A stretch of DNA of 64,000 bases from Octopus bimaculoides (taxonomy: Eukaryota): positions 83,922,311 through 83,986,310 of the forward strand of contig NC_068984.1 in the NCBI RefSeq assembly GCF_001194135.2, given 5' to 3'. A model generated the notes under the pieces. That model did no database searches, was not told the origin of the DNA, and worked only from the letters and a program-made list of their open reading frames with translations. Positions 63,673 to 64,000 of this stretch are shown here, piece by piece; within the stretch, counting starts at the first letter, position 1; each line of letters opens with the position of its first letter. Both the position numbers and the translations under genes were made by a program.

Positions 63673-64000
63673 CTATCTCTTCTCCGCTGACATACTACGA
63701 CAAAGTCTCCAAGATGCAGATAAGATAGAGATTTTTATTTATTTACGGCCTCAACATCTCATACCTTTCGCGCTTTAGTCTGCCCTCTATTATTTATCTT
63801 GTTTCTCTCCATGAAATTCAATTGAATTCAGTTTTTGTCTTAAATTCATACTTATTCATTTTCTAAGCTTCCTAAATTCATGCTACGTATATATTCTATT
63901 CACCTAGATTTCATTGCTCTTTTAAAAATTACGATTTATGCATTGTTGTCTCTCAAATATTTAAAATCTACGATTAAGAGGCCTATCTCCTCGCTGATGG

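Overview
AT-rich, microsatellite- and TE-dense animal genomic DNA with six N gaps. The SINE/LINE families look like those of octopus (coleoid cephalopod; inference). Most of the window is one minus-strand gene, an RFX1/2/3-class (Rfx/DAF-19-like) winged-helix transcription factor. I can thread 8 coding exons (ATG at 26228 down to 1769; 1245 nt = 415 codons, all junction phases compatible). They encode an RFX1-like N-terminus, a polyQ tract, the complete RFX DNA-binding domain and the start of the B/C region. The 3' exons (rest of B/C, dimerisation domain) were not found and probably lie left of base 1. A long upstream interval (26.2-56 kb) holds candidate 5' exons plus hAT, mariner, piggyBac-like MITE, RTE LINE and tRNA-SINE relics. 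A CpG-retaining domain at about 52.2-58.7 kb is the likely promoter and contains a duplicated Inr/YY1-like module. Right of it are a decayed 3xC2H2 LINE tail, more SINEs and a probable solo LTR. No rRNA, true tRNA or CRISPR was seen. I found no clearly new biological system. The most interesting items are testable regulatory hypotheses about the RFX locus.
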